Below, piece after piece: positions 24,300-38,095 of a stretch of 64,000 bases of DNA. Position 1 is the stretch's first letter; every line of letters begins with the position of its first letter. Made by a program: the position numbers and the translations under genes. The notes beneath the pieces were generated by a model. It was given only the letters and a program-made list of their open reading frames with translations. It ran no database searches and was not told where the DNA came from. Origin of the DNA: Felis catus (Eukaryota). The stretch covers positions 236,098,001 through 236,162,000 of the forward strand of contig NC_058368.1 in assembly GCF_018350175.1 (NCBI RefSeq), in the 5' to 3' direction.

Positions 24300-25110
24300 G
24301 TTTTTATATTGACCGGTAAGTTGATTTAAAATAAGGAACTACTCCAGAGAATCAAATTATATGCAAACCAAGCACTTCCTGCCCATAATATTTAGTGTTT
24401 AGGTCGTTTGGTTTGTGATCCATTTAATTAACATCTTTAATTAAAAAAAATAAATTAAAGGTAAATGGAGGGCCATAGTTGCTAAATTCCCAGCGAGGGT
24501 TTTCTTTCACCACCTAAGTCATTGGAATTCTGTTCTGCTTCATTGCACCGCCGGCTGTTGTGGAAATTTTAATGGCGCTGTCTTATGCAAAGGGTGTGCT
24601 CTACAAGTAAAACAAATACAAATGGGGAAATGTACACTTTGTACCTTTGAAAGGTTGCATGCAGCGGCCCCTGGGACTTGGGTTACAAAAACATCTGAAA
24701 TGAGCTGGGCGGCGGGAACGTGGTGGGACCTGTTTGGGAGGAGAGACAGTTGACTAAGCACTGAATGATTTAGTGCGTCATCCATTATTTCCTGCCTGTC
24801 ACTTAAACAGGCTATCTATATGCATGGTAGGACCAGGAGCGCGGAGAGGAGGTGGACACATGATTTATGGGCGAGGGCAAACACCTGTGGGTTAACCAGC
24901 TCAGAAATTAGCCACAAGTAGCATATTAGCGCAGCTAATCAGGCACGGTTCAGTATTTCGGTTTCTTGATTTGCCCATAAATAAGCTTCTATGTGGCTGC
25001 CCCGAGGCCTTCTGGTGATTAACTGCCTTGACCTACAGTAAAATACACAGACTGAGCAGCACAAGGGGGTTTGCAGGTGTGCACCGGAGTCAGATGACGT
25101 GAAACTTGTA
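24300..25110. promoter_or_regulatory. Candidate conserved non-coding enhancer
   Basis: Repeat-free block with clustered PBX-HOX TGATTTATGG (24861-24870), MEIS CTGTCA (24796-24801), TCF/LEF CCTTTGAA (24644-24651), CCCATAAA (24974-24981) and TTAATTAA motifs. Conservation not tested. Confidence 0.4.
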
Positions 25111-28100
25111 CCTCCGTGGGCAGAAGGTCTCTGAGTTTTGAGAATCGTGTTAAGAAGGCTTATCAGAGTACTTAACAATCAATTTAGTTTTCATTCCCCT
25201 ACTCCTGTTATTATGTTGACAACTTGTAGACTCGGCCGCCCTGTGACCAGTCACTGGCCGTAAAATATTTTCTCCCTTAGTGTCTATCACAGAGCCTAAG
25301 GGGGGCGGGGGGTGGGTGGGGTGGGATTCATCCGTGTTACTGTTACCATTTTTAGTAAGATTCAAATCCTCTGTATTATCCTTTTTTTGTGTATTTATTT
25401 TTTTCTATTTTTTTTTTACACGGGGGCCTTTATCATGAGCTAGTGTGTGTTGCTTATATCTGGAAAGATCCCTTGAATCGTCTTCTGTTTATACTGATTA
25501 GGCTGCACTGTTACATGTTTGAAATGAAAGGCAGCATAAGCCAATAGCAGTGGATCTAGGAGAAACCTATTGTAGCCAGTCTGTTAAAAACGTGTTATAC
25601 ATTATTGACTAGGTCTTGCCTCTTCCTTTGATCTTAGAAGAGAGACAAGAGGTTTAATAAAAACCAAACAGTCAGGACCCTGGGGCAAATAGTCTCTGCA
25701 CTTTAGTGCAGGAGTTGAAGTTAATTATAAGGACAAGATAATTGATCTGGATGACTTAGGTATGTACAATTTCGCAGGTGAAGATAAGCGCTCTAAAGAA
25801 ACTAGCAATTCATCAGGACAATGAACGTTTCCCCCTGTTATTTAGAAGCTTTTTTTTCCCCCAAATCTCTTAGTCTCATTTATGCTGCTGGTTGTTTCAC
25901 TCCTGAACTTCTGTTACCCCGTGTAAAACTCCAGCTACCTCGGGAGGGTCAGTACGATGGCTCGTTCCAAGGTCTTCCCCTGGCTGACCGCAGATCATCA
26001 TAAACCTTGGGAGAAAGGGCAAGGCCATAACCAACCATTATCTCTAGTTAGCAGTGGTGAGAACAATAATGTGTAGTTACGGGGTGGTTAGGAGTGGAGA
26101 TTAAAATATGGATACAGCGAGACGGTAAGGAGTCAAGGTGGCAAAAGAACCGTGTGCAGAACGGTAGGCAGATGGTACTCTGAGTGCCCAAGGGCAGAGA
26201 AGGCACAGGTCCTCCAAGATTACAAGCCCAAAATAGTGGTGTCACTTCTAGAAAAGAAGTTCAGCAGAGGTCACCGAGAGATAGTAAACTATTTTAAGTG
26301 TGTTTCCATTTATAAGTTAATACATGCAGGAGAAACCCAGCTGAGATCTGAGCGCTCAGCCTTCCCCGCCTTGAGAGTTACATTTTAAACCAAACAGGAC
26401 CCTGTGGACACTATTCCTCAAGGCAAGCGCATGAATTGCAAATGGTGACTGCTAAAAGCTTTCCCAGGGGTTTGCTTCCTGTTGGGAACCCTCCGATGAT
26501 TTCATCCGTTTACCTGTGGAAAAACATCGCAATTGCCAGCCTGAGCCCCACACCCAGGATGTTTCCGTGCTATTACTGATGGGCAAAGGCCACGGATTTG
26601 GCACCACTGACTTTCTCTCATATTCTTCATGGAGTGAACCCTGCGGCCCTTCGCTGAGCTGAGGGAAAGCATCCTCCCCCTGCCCCCATCCTTGCCGCGT
26701 CTATCGGCAGAGTCCTCTGGAGAGTCCGGTCCTTTGCCTTCTCACAGCACCACGTGCGTTTCCTTCAGCCGAGGGGCCCAAATATCGAAGCTCCATGACA
26801 GAGGCAGGCAGAGGAGGTGACAGGCAAATAAACGTTCATCTCCCCGAACTTATCACCGGCGTCCCCATAAATAGCATCATTTTCCAGACTCCATTACTAT
26901 GGTAGAACCAATAGTCCCATCAAATATCCATGTGGGTTTTTCTATCTTTGAGACTCTAAGCATTGGCGTAAAGTCATATCAGTAATTCTTGCCTGTGGAC
27001 CTTGAGGGGAAATGATGGGTCACTTCGAGGCCAATGCAATTGAGAGTATATGTGATTTACTTATACTTCACCCCCCTACATCCCCCACCCCAGTCCTCCA
27101 AGCTGGAAGCGTGAAGTTTCCATTTGTTGATAGCCTGAGCCTGTGAGTCCCCTGAAAGTGAGTTATTTGTGTAGACCACCAGGTCCACACTGGACCAGCA
27201 TTTCAGTCAGTGATACATTCTTGTTCCGTTAGTCCAGCCTAGCCTACCTTACTGATGGAACCGCTTTCCAATGGTGTTAACACTAGCCAAGGTCTCCTTC
27301 TGGAAAACGTATAGAACAATACCACTGGATTTAAATGAACAAACCCATGGAAAGTGCTATAAAAGTGTATGGCGTTGTCCGATAATTGTTAGCTGTTATA
27401 ATTATCACCTACAGAATTTTGTTTCTCCACAGGATTACAGAGCAGATCAGAACACATCCTTCATTTCTCCAGTGAACAAAATAAGTGTTCTTCCCGAAAT
27501 GACTTTTTCAACGTCACTTTTTTTTTTTAAGGGGGAAATATCAAAATGATTCCCCTTCAGTCTTTCTGTTCTCTTCTCATGGTTAGTATTCTCTTGCGAT
27601 CAACTAACATAAACCCATTTCAGTTGTGCAGTATTTTATATGCTCTGAACTGGGGGAACATTCTTTTCCCATCAAAGCCATTGAAAAGTCACTCTGCCCT
27701 GAATAGAAAGTCTGAAATTTATTTGAGAGAGAGGGTCTGCGGTTAACTCCATGTATCCTGGGAGGTCCACGTTAGCTTACACAAGTTTTAATTGATTCCT
27801 AATTGCTTTTGTGTCATCTTTATATACGAGGAGACACATTCAAAGTAGAGAATAGTAGTTGGTAGTCCCGTTTCTTCCACAGGGTTGAAAGAAGGCTGTT
27901 GTTTGTTATGAACACTAAGCAGTGCATGTGATCATTAGTAATTCTTTACATCTGTGTTTACCTCTGAAGAGCTTTGAGCTAATGCATTCTGCACATATAT
28001 AAGTAACCAGAAAATCAAGGAAAAGATCTCATTTTTTTCCATGGACGTTACATGCTTAACATGATTGGCAAGGCATTACGATTCCACCTAACTGAGAAAG

Positions 28101-28240
28101 TCCTCTTGGCTAAGTACTTACCATTTTCTGACTTTGCAAGTTGGCTACAGGACATCCTAGCATATTAGTAATGCTATAAATGATTGGCAATACTTTCAGA
28201 TTAGCAGCCCTCTAAAGAAAGAAAGGGTCTTCAAACTTTC

Positions 28241-28358
28241 TTTTTTAAAAAAAAAAGATTTTAATTTTCATTAATTTCAACACCCTACGTGGGGCTCAGA
28301 CTTAACAACCCCGAGATCAAGATTCACACACTCCGCCGACTGAGTCAGCCAGGTGCCC
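28241..28358 (-). mobile_element. Short tRNA-Lys-like CanSINE
   Basis: TSD tcaaactttc / tcacactttc; tRNA-like body without the CT tract. Confidence 0.85.
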
Positions 28359-28404
28359 TCACACTTTCCATGTCAACTTGAAGCCGGTCTGAGGATGTCT
28401 TCGA

Positions 28405-28656
28405 GAACATATATGGTGACTACAGTTGATAAAGTTGTATTACTATATAATCAACGTTTTCTAAGAGAGTAGAATTTAGTGGTCTCACATGTACAAACCT
28501 GGAATTACGTATGGGGAAGGATGCGTAAATTAATTCGACGGGGGACGCTTTCCCAATATATGTGGACAACAGATCATCGCTTTGCAGACTTTGAATCTCT
28601 CACGATGTTATTTGTCAATTATATGTCAATGAAGCCGAAACAAATAAAGAAATAAA
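28405..28656 (+). mobile_element. L1MA9-like 3' end
   Basis: atggtgactacagttgataa...ctaagagagtagaattta...ttatttgtcaattatatgtcaat plus an A-rich tail. Confidence 0.8.
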
Positions 28657-29761
28657 GGGTTTTGCCAAAGCCAGTGGGGTAGACTTCCCTGCAGCCTAAA
28701 ATCAATCCTCAGAACCAATCCTTAAAAAGGTACAGGGTACAAAGTAACTCCTCTTCAAGCCTTTCTGTAGGGAAAGCTCAAAGCAAATGCTACCTTTCCA
28801 GGAAGGTGGGAAGAAGGAGGTCATTCCAGGCATTCCTGTTAGAAACCACTCACAGTGGCTGGCTTCCGGTGGGACCGTGAACTAACAGCATGGGCTGCCG
28901 AGGGCCAGCGAGAGGACATGAACAGGTGTCTTAATGGTGCCTTCGCCATGGCTTGTCCCGATTCATCCTGCAGGTGTGGGTGGGTGCCCTGTGGTGGCAT
29001 TGATCCTGTTCTCGCCCATCAGAGAATATTACAGCTGCCCTTGCATGTTTTGCTGTAAGGTAAAGCTAGTTTCTCTGCCCTTCTGGTATCTGAAAACGCC
29101 TTTCACGGTAGTTACTATATTGCACATGCCTTCTTTCTATGGGGTGTTTTCGTCACTAACAAATATTCACAAATTTGGGGCCTGTGCTGTCTCTACAAAT
29201 ACCTCATACATTATTTATTTTGCCTTAAACCCTGAGACTTCTTCATTGCTAGTGTTCCAACAGTTGGTTCTATGTGTAATGTATAATGATTCCAAATTAT
29301 TTTTGAAATCAAAACTACTCTTTTGTCGGTCATTTATAGCGTCAGTATCATCAAGGGATAATTGTCTCTAAAATTTTATCAGCAGAGATGAAGCTTGATT
29401 CATGTGGAATAAGGCCTTTTCACAATAAAGCTTGATTCATGTAGAGCAAAGGCATTTTTTTTTTCAGGAACAAGATTGCCATATATTTAATTCTACTTAA
29501 GCCTTTTTTGCTAAGCCCAAATTCCCCTTTCTGCCCTATCGCTTAGAGGCTTCTCATTAGAATATATTCATGGAAGAATCACGCCTACCTTGACATCACT
29601 GTTTTCTTTTCTGGACAAACAGAATGCTTAAGACACACAGGTAGGGAGTCCACTTTGTTGTGAGGTTGCATAAACAAAAAAGTGAGTTTGTGCAAAGGCA
29701 GCGGGAACTAGAAAATGCTGATTAAGAGTAAAAACAAAAACAAAAACAAAAACAAAAAACT

Positions 29762-29968
29762 GGGAGCCTGGGTGGTTCAGTCGGTTAAGCATCCAACTTC
29801 AGCTCAGGTCATGATCTCGCGGTCCTTGAGTTCGAGCCCCACATCAGGTTCTGCGCTGACAGCTCGGAGCCTGGAGCCTGCTTCGGATTCTGTGTCTCCT
29901 TCGCTCTCTGCCCCTCCTCCACTCACACTCTCTCAAAAACGACTAAATGTTTAAAAAATAAAAAAAAA
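29762..29968 (+). mobile_element. CanSINE preceded by (CAAAAA)n
   Basis: SINEC head gggagcctgggtggttcagtcggttaagc; A tail. Confidence 0.92.
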
Positions 29969-30096
29969 GAGTCGAAAAACTGTGTTCTCAGTCCCATCTT
30001 TGATCATCCAACAATCGAGAGGCAATAACATAGGTCAAGACCCCTTGACCTCATTGAAAGGTGCGGCCGTCCTGAAACAAAGAGTTTCTGGCCTGG

Positions 30097-30220
30097 AAAT
30101 GCACCCGTTTTCAGTTCAGGAATCTGAGGCTTAGAAAGACCACCTGCCTTGTGAAAGGTCAAGCAGTAACAACTAGAAGAGGCAGGTCTAGGAAGGGAGT
30201 CCTCAACTCCCAGGTCCAGG
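30097..30220 (-). mobile_element. MIR fragment
   Basis: cccgttttcag...ggaatctgaggcttagaaag...aaggtcaagcagtaa, an antisense MIR core. Confidence 0.55.
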
Positions 30221-33200
30221 AAGACCAGCACGTCTGCTCTCTAGACGCTGAGGGCTTGTGTGGTGGCTGTATCAGCCTTGCAAGGTTGCAGTGACGGTTA
30301 AGGAAGTCAGGGTCTACAAGGCATCCAGCGCAGCACTTGAGACGTGTAAACACTCTCTAATGCACCGATCTAATGGATCCATCTGTTGGTCACAGATGGT
30401 AATTGGTGGCAGGGGTAGGTGGGGGCGGGGGGGAGGCTCTTGCTTTGAGAATCTTCCTAGTTTTACTCTAGACGTTGACCTGGCCTTTTTATAGTGCGAT
30501 TTATTTCTTGAAAGTGAAATCTGCTGTTGACCTCTGTGGTAGACATCTTCAGCTCCTGGGCGATCAATCCCTTCCCCTTAAATGTGCAAAGATGTCAATG
30601 ATTCACTCCTTACGGATTTATATAACAGAATTGACGGATGTCACTTCTGAGACTGGACACGCAAAAGGCCACAGCTTCTATCTTGGGGCCTCTCTGGAAC
30701 TCTGTCTTACGTCGCCTGCTGTGGTACCCCGAGGACGCTGTCACTGTTGAGGAGCTGGACAGTACATTACCCGGTCCCAAGGAAGCCCCGGCTGCTGGCC
30801 AGATAACAGCTTGACTGGGGCCTCACGTGGGATCCCGAACCAAGGATCCCAAGAAGCTATACCCAGTGTCCAGACACACAAAAACTGTCAGATAGTAAGT
30901 CTTTGGTGTCCGAGGGACAACACACATTGGGGAAACTGGTCACGTAGCACTGATGAACTCATAAACATGTTTTCTATAGAAAATTCCAGACGTGTGTATT
31001 GGGTAACCATTGTTTTCTCTGTAGGCTGTTCTCCATTATATTTTCACTTTAGAATTAAGGCTAGATTTCAATACATACATGACAAGACAAGATCAGAAAT
31101 GTCCATTCTAGAGAAATGAAGTCTCAGAAGACTGATATAAAATAAACAGTTTAAATCACGACCTTAGCTCGATAAAACTGATATCGCTTGTTGTGGTTCA
31201 TAAAATATTACTAATTTGATCTCATTAGGATATTTTAAAGCATCATGATGGTGGCCCATCCCATCATCATTCTTTCACTTACTTGGCAGAGGTTTGCAGA
31301 ACATCCCACTAGATGTTAGGCACTCCTGCCACGGAGATAATTAGGACCCAGAATCTACTCTCAAGGAGATCAGGGTTCATCCTATTACTTTTCCATTTTT
31401 AAGCTGTTCCAACGCAACAGAAAAATCTTCCGATAAGTCTAACGGGAAATTTAAGGGAAGGATTAGCACCTTAAATTATGAAACTATCTAGATTAACCAA
31501 CGGCAACCGCTCAGACACGAACATTGTGGAAGGAATCTACTCCTTTTAGCCAAAGGGAGGTTTATATATCAGGTACAGACAACTCAAAATGGCTACATGA
31601 GATCAAGAACTGTTTGAAAAGAGAAAAGCCCAAAGAGAAAAAAAGGAATGTATTGTAAGAACCCTGAACAGATATCTGATGATTCTTGGAACAGCCCTTG
31701 AGATGTCAAAGATGATCATACAGTAACAACATTTGGGAAGTATTTCTAGACTTACACTTAGCCTTTTGGCAGGAATTTATTAAGACAGAATAAGCCTGTG
31801 ACTTTTCAATTCCGAGTACAATTTGTTTCTCTAATACATCCGCAGGAGTAATGTGTGATGGAATTTTTCCTTCCCCAGCCCCTCCAGTGTGGATGATGAT
31901 ATGCTGTAATAGGTTCTCACAGGCCATATCTCAGCAATATAAAACACAACACATGTACATCTGTGGCCCAGTGTCAGTGCCTTAAATGTACATCAGAAAT
32001 GCATTAAATTTTCTGATTGTTATTCTGTTTGTACAGCTTGTTGGTTCAGATTTTCCCCTGTAATGCACTCTGTTGATTACCTGGAATTATCAGTATATCT
32101 TTGGCAGAACAAGCACACCTTATTCAGAAAAAACAGGCATAGAGACGTGGCTTGAGCCCTTTTGGTGTGAAGAAAAACAACAGAAATATTCCTGGGAAGT
32201 TAACACAGGTAACTACGTCCTTGTTTACAACCCCGTCTCGGAGGCGTTTTAACTTCCAGGTAATCTGGTCGGTATAGTCCTCCCAGAATGCCCTCAAGAT
32301 CCTCCCCAAGTGCTGCGGTGCAGGAAACAAACATGTATGCAAATCTCTCTCCTGAAAGTAGAGGAAGAAGGAAACAGATTTCTGGGCTGCCTCCACGCAG
32401 GCAGAATGCCCTTCGTTTTTTCTTGCAAGCCTTGGAAGGTGTGCAAATACATTTCAATATACATAATGTCCAGGATAAAAGTTGGAAATGCTTTTTAGAA
32501 CCTAGCTGGCTCACATTAGCAATGGCTAACTTTTCTGAGCCATACGATTCAAATAATTACTTTCGTGTCGAATATCTTTGCTCATATCAGAAAATGTGTG
32601 TTGAAGTATAAACTATGCCTGTCAGTGCATATAAAAAACCATCTCCTGACTTGGTGGAATATTTTACTATTACTGTCAAAGACCTTGTGTGTGTGTGCGT
32701 GCGTGTGTGTGTGTGTGTTTTATATACAAAAAGCCGTCACACTACATCCGTTAGGTTGGTTTTTGAATAGTGAAAATGTAACTACAACTTTTGGTCCTTT
32801 TCTTTTTTGATTAGTGACGTGACTCGTAAAGTTTAGAAATATACTCAATACTCAAAGGACCACCAAAAAAAAAAAAAGGGTAGCACTAACCAAAAAAAAA
32901 AAAAAAAAAAAAAAAGAGGGAAGGTTACCTAAAATATTCACTAACTTTTTTTTTTTACTATTTATAAGAACAACAAAAAGGAAAAAAGCGTGAATCCTCG
33001 TCCACCTGGGCCTTAAGTGGAATTTGTCATTTGCAAATGCTGCTGGCATTATTCTCATTGCCCCAATACTAAAAGTTTTAGAGAACAAATGATTCACAAA
33101 AGTAGCTGTTATTCATTGAGTGGCTCTGATGTTCCGGGCTCTGTGCTGGACACTGGGGAGAGAAATGGGAAAAATTTTTCTCCTAAGTTTTCTGATAGAA

Positions 33201-34520
33201 TTTTAGATTAATCTAAAGCCTTGTGTATTTACCTACAACACACTGAAAGCTCCATTTGGTCTATATTTAGCCAATTGATCTCGTGGCTTTAACCTGATAA
33301 ACTTATCCCTTTCCATTAGTCTAAACACCTGTTCTGGCTAATCAATCAAAGGGTGTTTCCTCGCTGTGACTCTCCTGACATTGTTTGGGAAGAGTATGGA
33401 AAATCAGATACACACATCATACATAATTTTAAGTATGATTACAGATCAGGAAACTGAGTTACCCTGTATGGCTACGTTTGTGACTGTCGAGAGGGAGACA
33501 GAAACTGAATTGTATCCGCTGGACTAAAATGATCTGATCTTACCAAAGCCCCGCCCGATACCTCTTTCTCTGTTGAGCTCTTTCCCTGCTAATCTATTTC
33601 TTTTTTAACATAAATCACCATCTGTTGAACAATGTTCTAACCTCGCTGTAGCCTGAGGTTAAGCAATCTCAAGTATCTGCCGTGCACATCAGAATTAAGC
33701 AGGAGGTACAAGAAAACAATGAGACTATGTTTGCCTTACTTTCTGGAAGAGGTGGTACAGGGGCGGGGGAGACGCAGAGGGCATCCAGTGCCGGATGCTT
33801 TGCTCTGCATCTTTTAGGACAGGTGACGGGGAAAAATGATACGGACAACATCCAGCTTCTTGAAGCCTAAGGAGGGACCCACTTGCACCTAACACTTCCA
33901 TGCATTTGTTGATATGACTCTGTTGTAATAATGCAGTCAGAAGGCAAAGGTCTTCTCTGTTTCATTTTCTGTAACTAAAAACCAAACCTGCTGGGAAAGG
34001 CTACGTCCATACAGAGCATTGCTTCTACATCCATCAGTGCCTGGTTTCTTGCAACTAGTGAAAACATCGTCCAAAGCAAAGGGGCATTAATTTTGGGGGC
34101 AAAGGAAATTGCTTAATTCAGTGGCCCAATCTCCTTGGCCCAAGTAATTCAAGGTCCCTGGGAACACGGCCCGGGGCAGTAGTTCAGGAGTTACTGAAGT
34201 GTTCTCCCAGACACTGATTCCCTTTAAAAGCTGCTTCGCTCAGTTTTAGCCATTAACTAGACAACCGTCTTTCACACAGTGGCAAGGCGGGACAAACATT
34301 GCACCCGTGCTTGTTCAAAGGACCTGAGTCTAAAGCTGTTAGGAGCATGACACTTGGTCAAAACTCTAATCAAGGGTGTGTTTAGGGTTTGTTTACAATC
34401 ATCTGTGGTTGGTTTATATATATTTATATATATGGTTTAAATATATATATATATATATATTTCTCATCTTTGTAATGTATTAGGACATGATTAGAAACTC
34501 ATCAAAATCTTATGTATGCA

Positions 34521-34743
34521 TTTTTTTTTTAATTTTTTTTCAACGTTTATTTATTTTTGGGACACAGAGAGACAGAGCATGAACGGGGGAGGGGCAGAGA
34601 GAGAGGGAGACACAGAATCGGAAACAGGCTCCAGGCTCTGAGCCATCAGCCCAGAGCCCGACGCGGGGCTCGAACTCACGGACCGCGAGATCGTGACCTG
34701 GCTGAAGTCGGACGCTTAACCGACTGCGCCACCCAGGCGCCCC
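34521..34743 (-). mobile_element. Young felid CanSINE (SINEC_Fc-type)
   Basis: Diagnostic young-subfamily sequence; atgtatgcattttt on both flanks. Confidence 0.96.
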
Positions 34744-34827
34744 ATGCATGTATGCATTTTTAGGGGGGTGGTTAATTTGTTCAGGGCAAACAGTCAAGTT
34801 TTGATGTGGAACCTAAGCATAAGGCTG

Positions 34828-35056
34828 TTTACAATTCAAGTGAGTTAACATACAACGTAGTCTTGGCTTCAGGAGTAGCACCGGTGATTCATCGTTCACA
34901 TATAGCACCCTCCTTAATGCCCGTCACCCATCTAGCCCATCCCCCCACCTACCACCCCTCTAGCAACCCTCAGTTTGTTCTCTGTATTTAAGAGCCTCTC
35001 GTGGTTTGTCTCCCTCTCTGTTTTTATCTTACTTTTCTTTCCCTTCCCCTATATTC
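34828..35056 (-). mobile_element. Carnivore L1 3'UTR fragment
   Basis: ttcaagtgagttaacatac...ccttaatgcccgtcacccat...agcaaccctcagtttgttctctgtatttaagag. Confidence 0.85.
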
Positions 35057-35234
35057 TTTGAGTTTAAAATTAGGACTATTTACAGGGTGGAATTTTAATA
35101 AGTTCTTTACTCTCTACATAGTGATGTCTTCGGCAGTTCTAATGTTACTATGAAAGAAATAAGAACAAGGAGAAGGAGGAGTAGGGGAGGAGGAAGAAAA
35201 CTATCTAGCATAATCTATAAGAAATTCCAAGGTC

Positions 35235-35460
35235 TTTGGGATTCAAAGTCTGAATTATTTCATTTCCTGTTCTCAGCTACGCCACCTTGGACAAGACAAT
35301 CAATGTTTTGTAGCTGCAGATTCATCATCTTTAAAAATGGAGGAAATAATAACTTCCTTGCTGCCCTCACAACCTATTAACCTAATCAAGTGCTCAGAAG
35401 AGCTTGGAAGATTCTTGAGATACAGACATCTAGCAGTCTGGTTCTGAACATAATGAATAT
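35235..35460 (+). mobile_element. MIR fragment
   Basis: accttggacaag...cagattcatcatctttaaaaatggaggaaataata core. Confidence 0.6.
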
Positions 35461-36824
35461 AATACACATCGTGATAGGAAATAGGAAATAAAGAAGATCC
35501 GGGTAACAACGTAAAGAATGCAGAAAATAAACCAGGACATAAGTTTGATTCTTGCCCTGTCTTTGTTTTTGAAAGAAGAATGCAGGCAGTGTGAAAAAGT
35601 CTAAAAGGCAGCTTTCTCCATAAGCTGGTGATGGGCTGGCCTATTGTAGCTGCCTACATGTCCTAGTATACACAAAGAAAGGTACGTGTCATGGGAAATT
35701 AGATGTGTGCAGTATTTTAATGTTCAAGAATTTGCAAGCCATAGACCTCGGCGCTGTTACTAACATCAAACATGGAGACACTTGAAAAGGTCTGTACTGA
35801 ATACGGAAATATATTTCCATAGCTTCCTTTAGACACGTCATTTCTTTCTTTTGGTGACTTTTAATCATCTCCTATAAAATTGCGTCTTTTTTTCAAGATG
35901 ATACATTTCGAGAAAAGTATCATTACCAACAACACGATCTCTGTGTTTTAAAGTTTTTGCAATTTGCAAACACCGACTTTTTGGTGGGGGGGGGGGCGCG
36001 TGTGTAAATATTTAGGCGAGCCTCCCTCTCAAACGCTTTTTCACATGCGTTAGCGTCGCCATCTCGTGGCCCTGTTCCTGCCACCTTCAAGGAAATTCAG
36101 AAGATAATGCTAAACTTTTATTTTCAAGCATCCATTAGTCTGCGTGCATGTATTTGTGAGGTCTTGTGTGATGCTTTTTAAATATGTAAGTTTAATAATC
36201 GACCAGCCTGAGACAGTGTGGCCTTGGATGGCTGGTCTCTCTCTTTCTAATGCCATCAGTCTGAAAACGATCCTGTGTGTCCCTTGCTTCTCCCAGTTGG
36301 CACTTTAGCCATGCTGACTCTTTATGTTGGTCAGCTCCGGCCTCGTCACATCCTTCCCTTGAAAACGTCTGAAGGAATGTTTAATTTGGGTCTGCCATCC
36401 AAGTGTGACTCCTCTGTGTAATTTAAGGAAGGAAACTACTGGATGAGACTAGGCAAGAGGTTTTAAGCTCGTTTATTTTGACCCTCAAAGGCCATCAGAT
36501 GCTCAGCAGGCTCGGTGCTCCTGCAGGAGCAAAGACATGTAGCTGTCGAGTTAAAGATTGGAGACATCTCTGTGCTTCTCAGCCTAAGGCAGTCAGCCTC
36601 CTGACATAGCCTTAGAAGGATTGAGGCAATGGTCAGAAATCAGTGGGAGCTAAGAGCGTGTTCAAAATTGCATTTCCAGAGCCCACACTTGGTACTGGGC
36701 GCTAACACTTTAAACACATCGTATCACTTAACTTGTGGAGATAAGTAGTTTCATGGAATAATGCTGGAGAAAGGACCTGGTAGCTTCTGTAACTGTTTCT
36801 GTATCTAATCAATGACCCTGTGTC

Positions 36825-38095
36825 TCCCTGTATACATATAACTATTGATATCTGCATACATATGCACCCATATCTAATGTAAGTCTAGAGTCTATATCTC
36901 TACACCGGTACCGGCAGCAACAGCAACACCTGTTTCTACAGCCAACGCACGTCTCTACCAACATTAATATCATCACGTGCATCCGCACATACGTGTAACC
37001 TGTGTCCTTGTCAACATCTGGAGTTACATATATGGGTGAGTAACTATCACCATGGGCATCAGCAGCGACATCTATATCCGACTTAATTCTGTATCTTTGT
37101 GAACGTGTGTCTCTCTAGGGATTTGCCATCAGCATTGACAACTGTATCACCACCTACATCTCCACCTGTCTTTACTTTCTCATATCTGAACTGTGTCTGT
37201 GACTATGTGTGCACCTGTTTCGGTGTCAACACGGACATTCGCATCCACATCAATCTCCGTATTTAATCTATTCCCACGTCCATGGCTATTTCTCTATTGA
37301 CATCTCCACAGCAAAGTTCTACGTCTACATCTGCATCACATCTGTGTTTATGTCTTTGTCCCTATCTATGTATCTATATAACTTCGGTGCCAGCCTCAGC
37401 AATGACACGGACATCTGCACCGACATGTATATCCAACTCATGTGTATCTTTATACTGATGTTGCCATTTGCACATATAAATTTGCCTCTGCACGTACATG
37501 TAACTCCACACCTGTATCTACACATACATCTCTGTTGTATGTCTATAGCTGATCTATATGTTGATTTTGATATTTATACTTAATCTACATCTCTGTATCT
37601 CCAATCTAGTATTTATATCTGTTTTTACATCTCTATGAAACTGACATTAGCATCAGCATCCACATCTCTGTCTACTTCTCTGTAATCTTACATCTCTGTA
37701 ATCTGTGTACCTACATATATGTGCACACATATAACGTACATCCAACTCTTTTTTTTTTAAATTTTTTAAGGTTTATTTATTTTTGACAGAGAGCACAGAG
37801 CGCGAGCAGGGGAGGGGCAGAGAGAGAGGGGGACAGAGAATCCGAAGCAGGCTCCAGGCTCCGAGCCGACAGCACAGAGCCCGACGCGGGGCTCCAACTC
37901 ACGGACTGTGAGATCGTAACCTGTGTCGAGTTGGACACTCAGCCGACTGAGCCACCCGGGGGCCCCCGTGCAACTCTTGACCGCATCAACTTCATTTATG
38001 TCTGTATTATTTACATCTGTATGTCTAGATATCCGTACGCATACATGTTTGCATACATATATCTATATAATGCCATCTAGATCTGTCGTTTCCAT
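36825..38095. repeat. Long degenerate (ATATCT/ACATCT)n-like cryptic simple repeat, split by a SINE
   Basis: Recurrent atatct, acatct, tctaca, tgtatc and catcca units over ~1.3 kb; + strand visibly poor in G and in GG dinucleotides. Confidence 0.75.
37751..37967 (-). mobile_element. CanSINE
   Basis: Flanking caactctt repeat; SINEC body. Confidence 0.93.
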
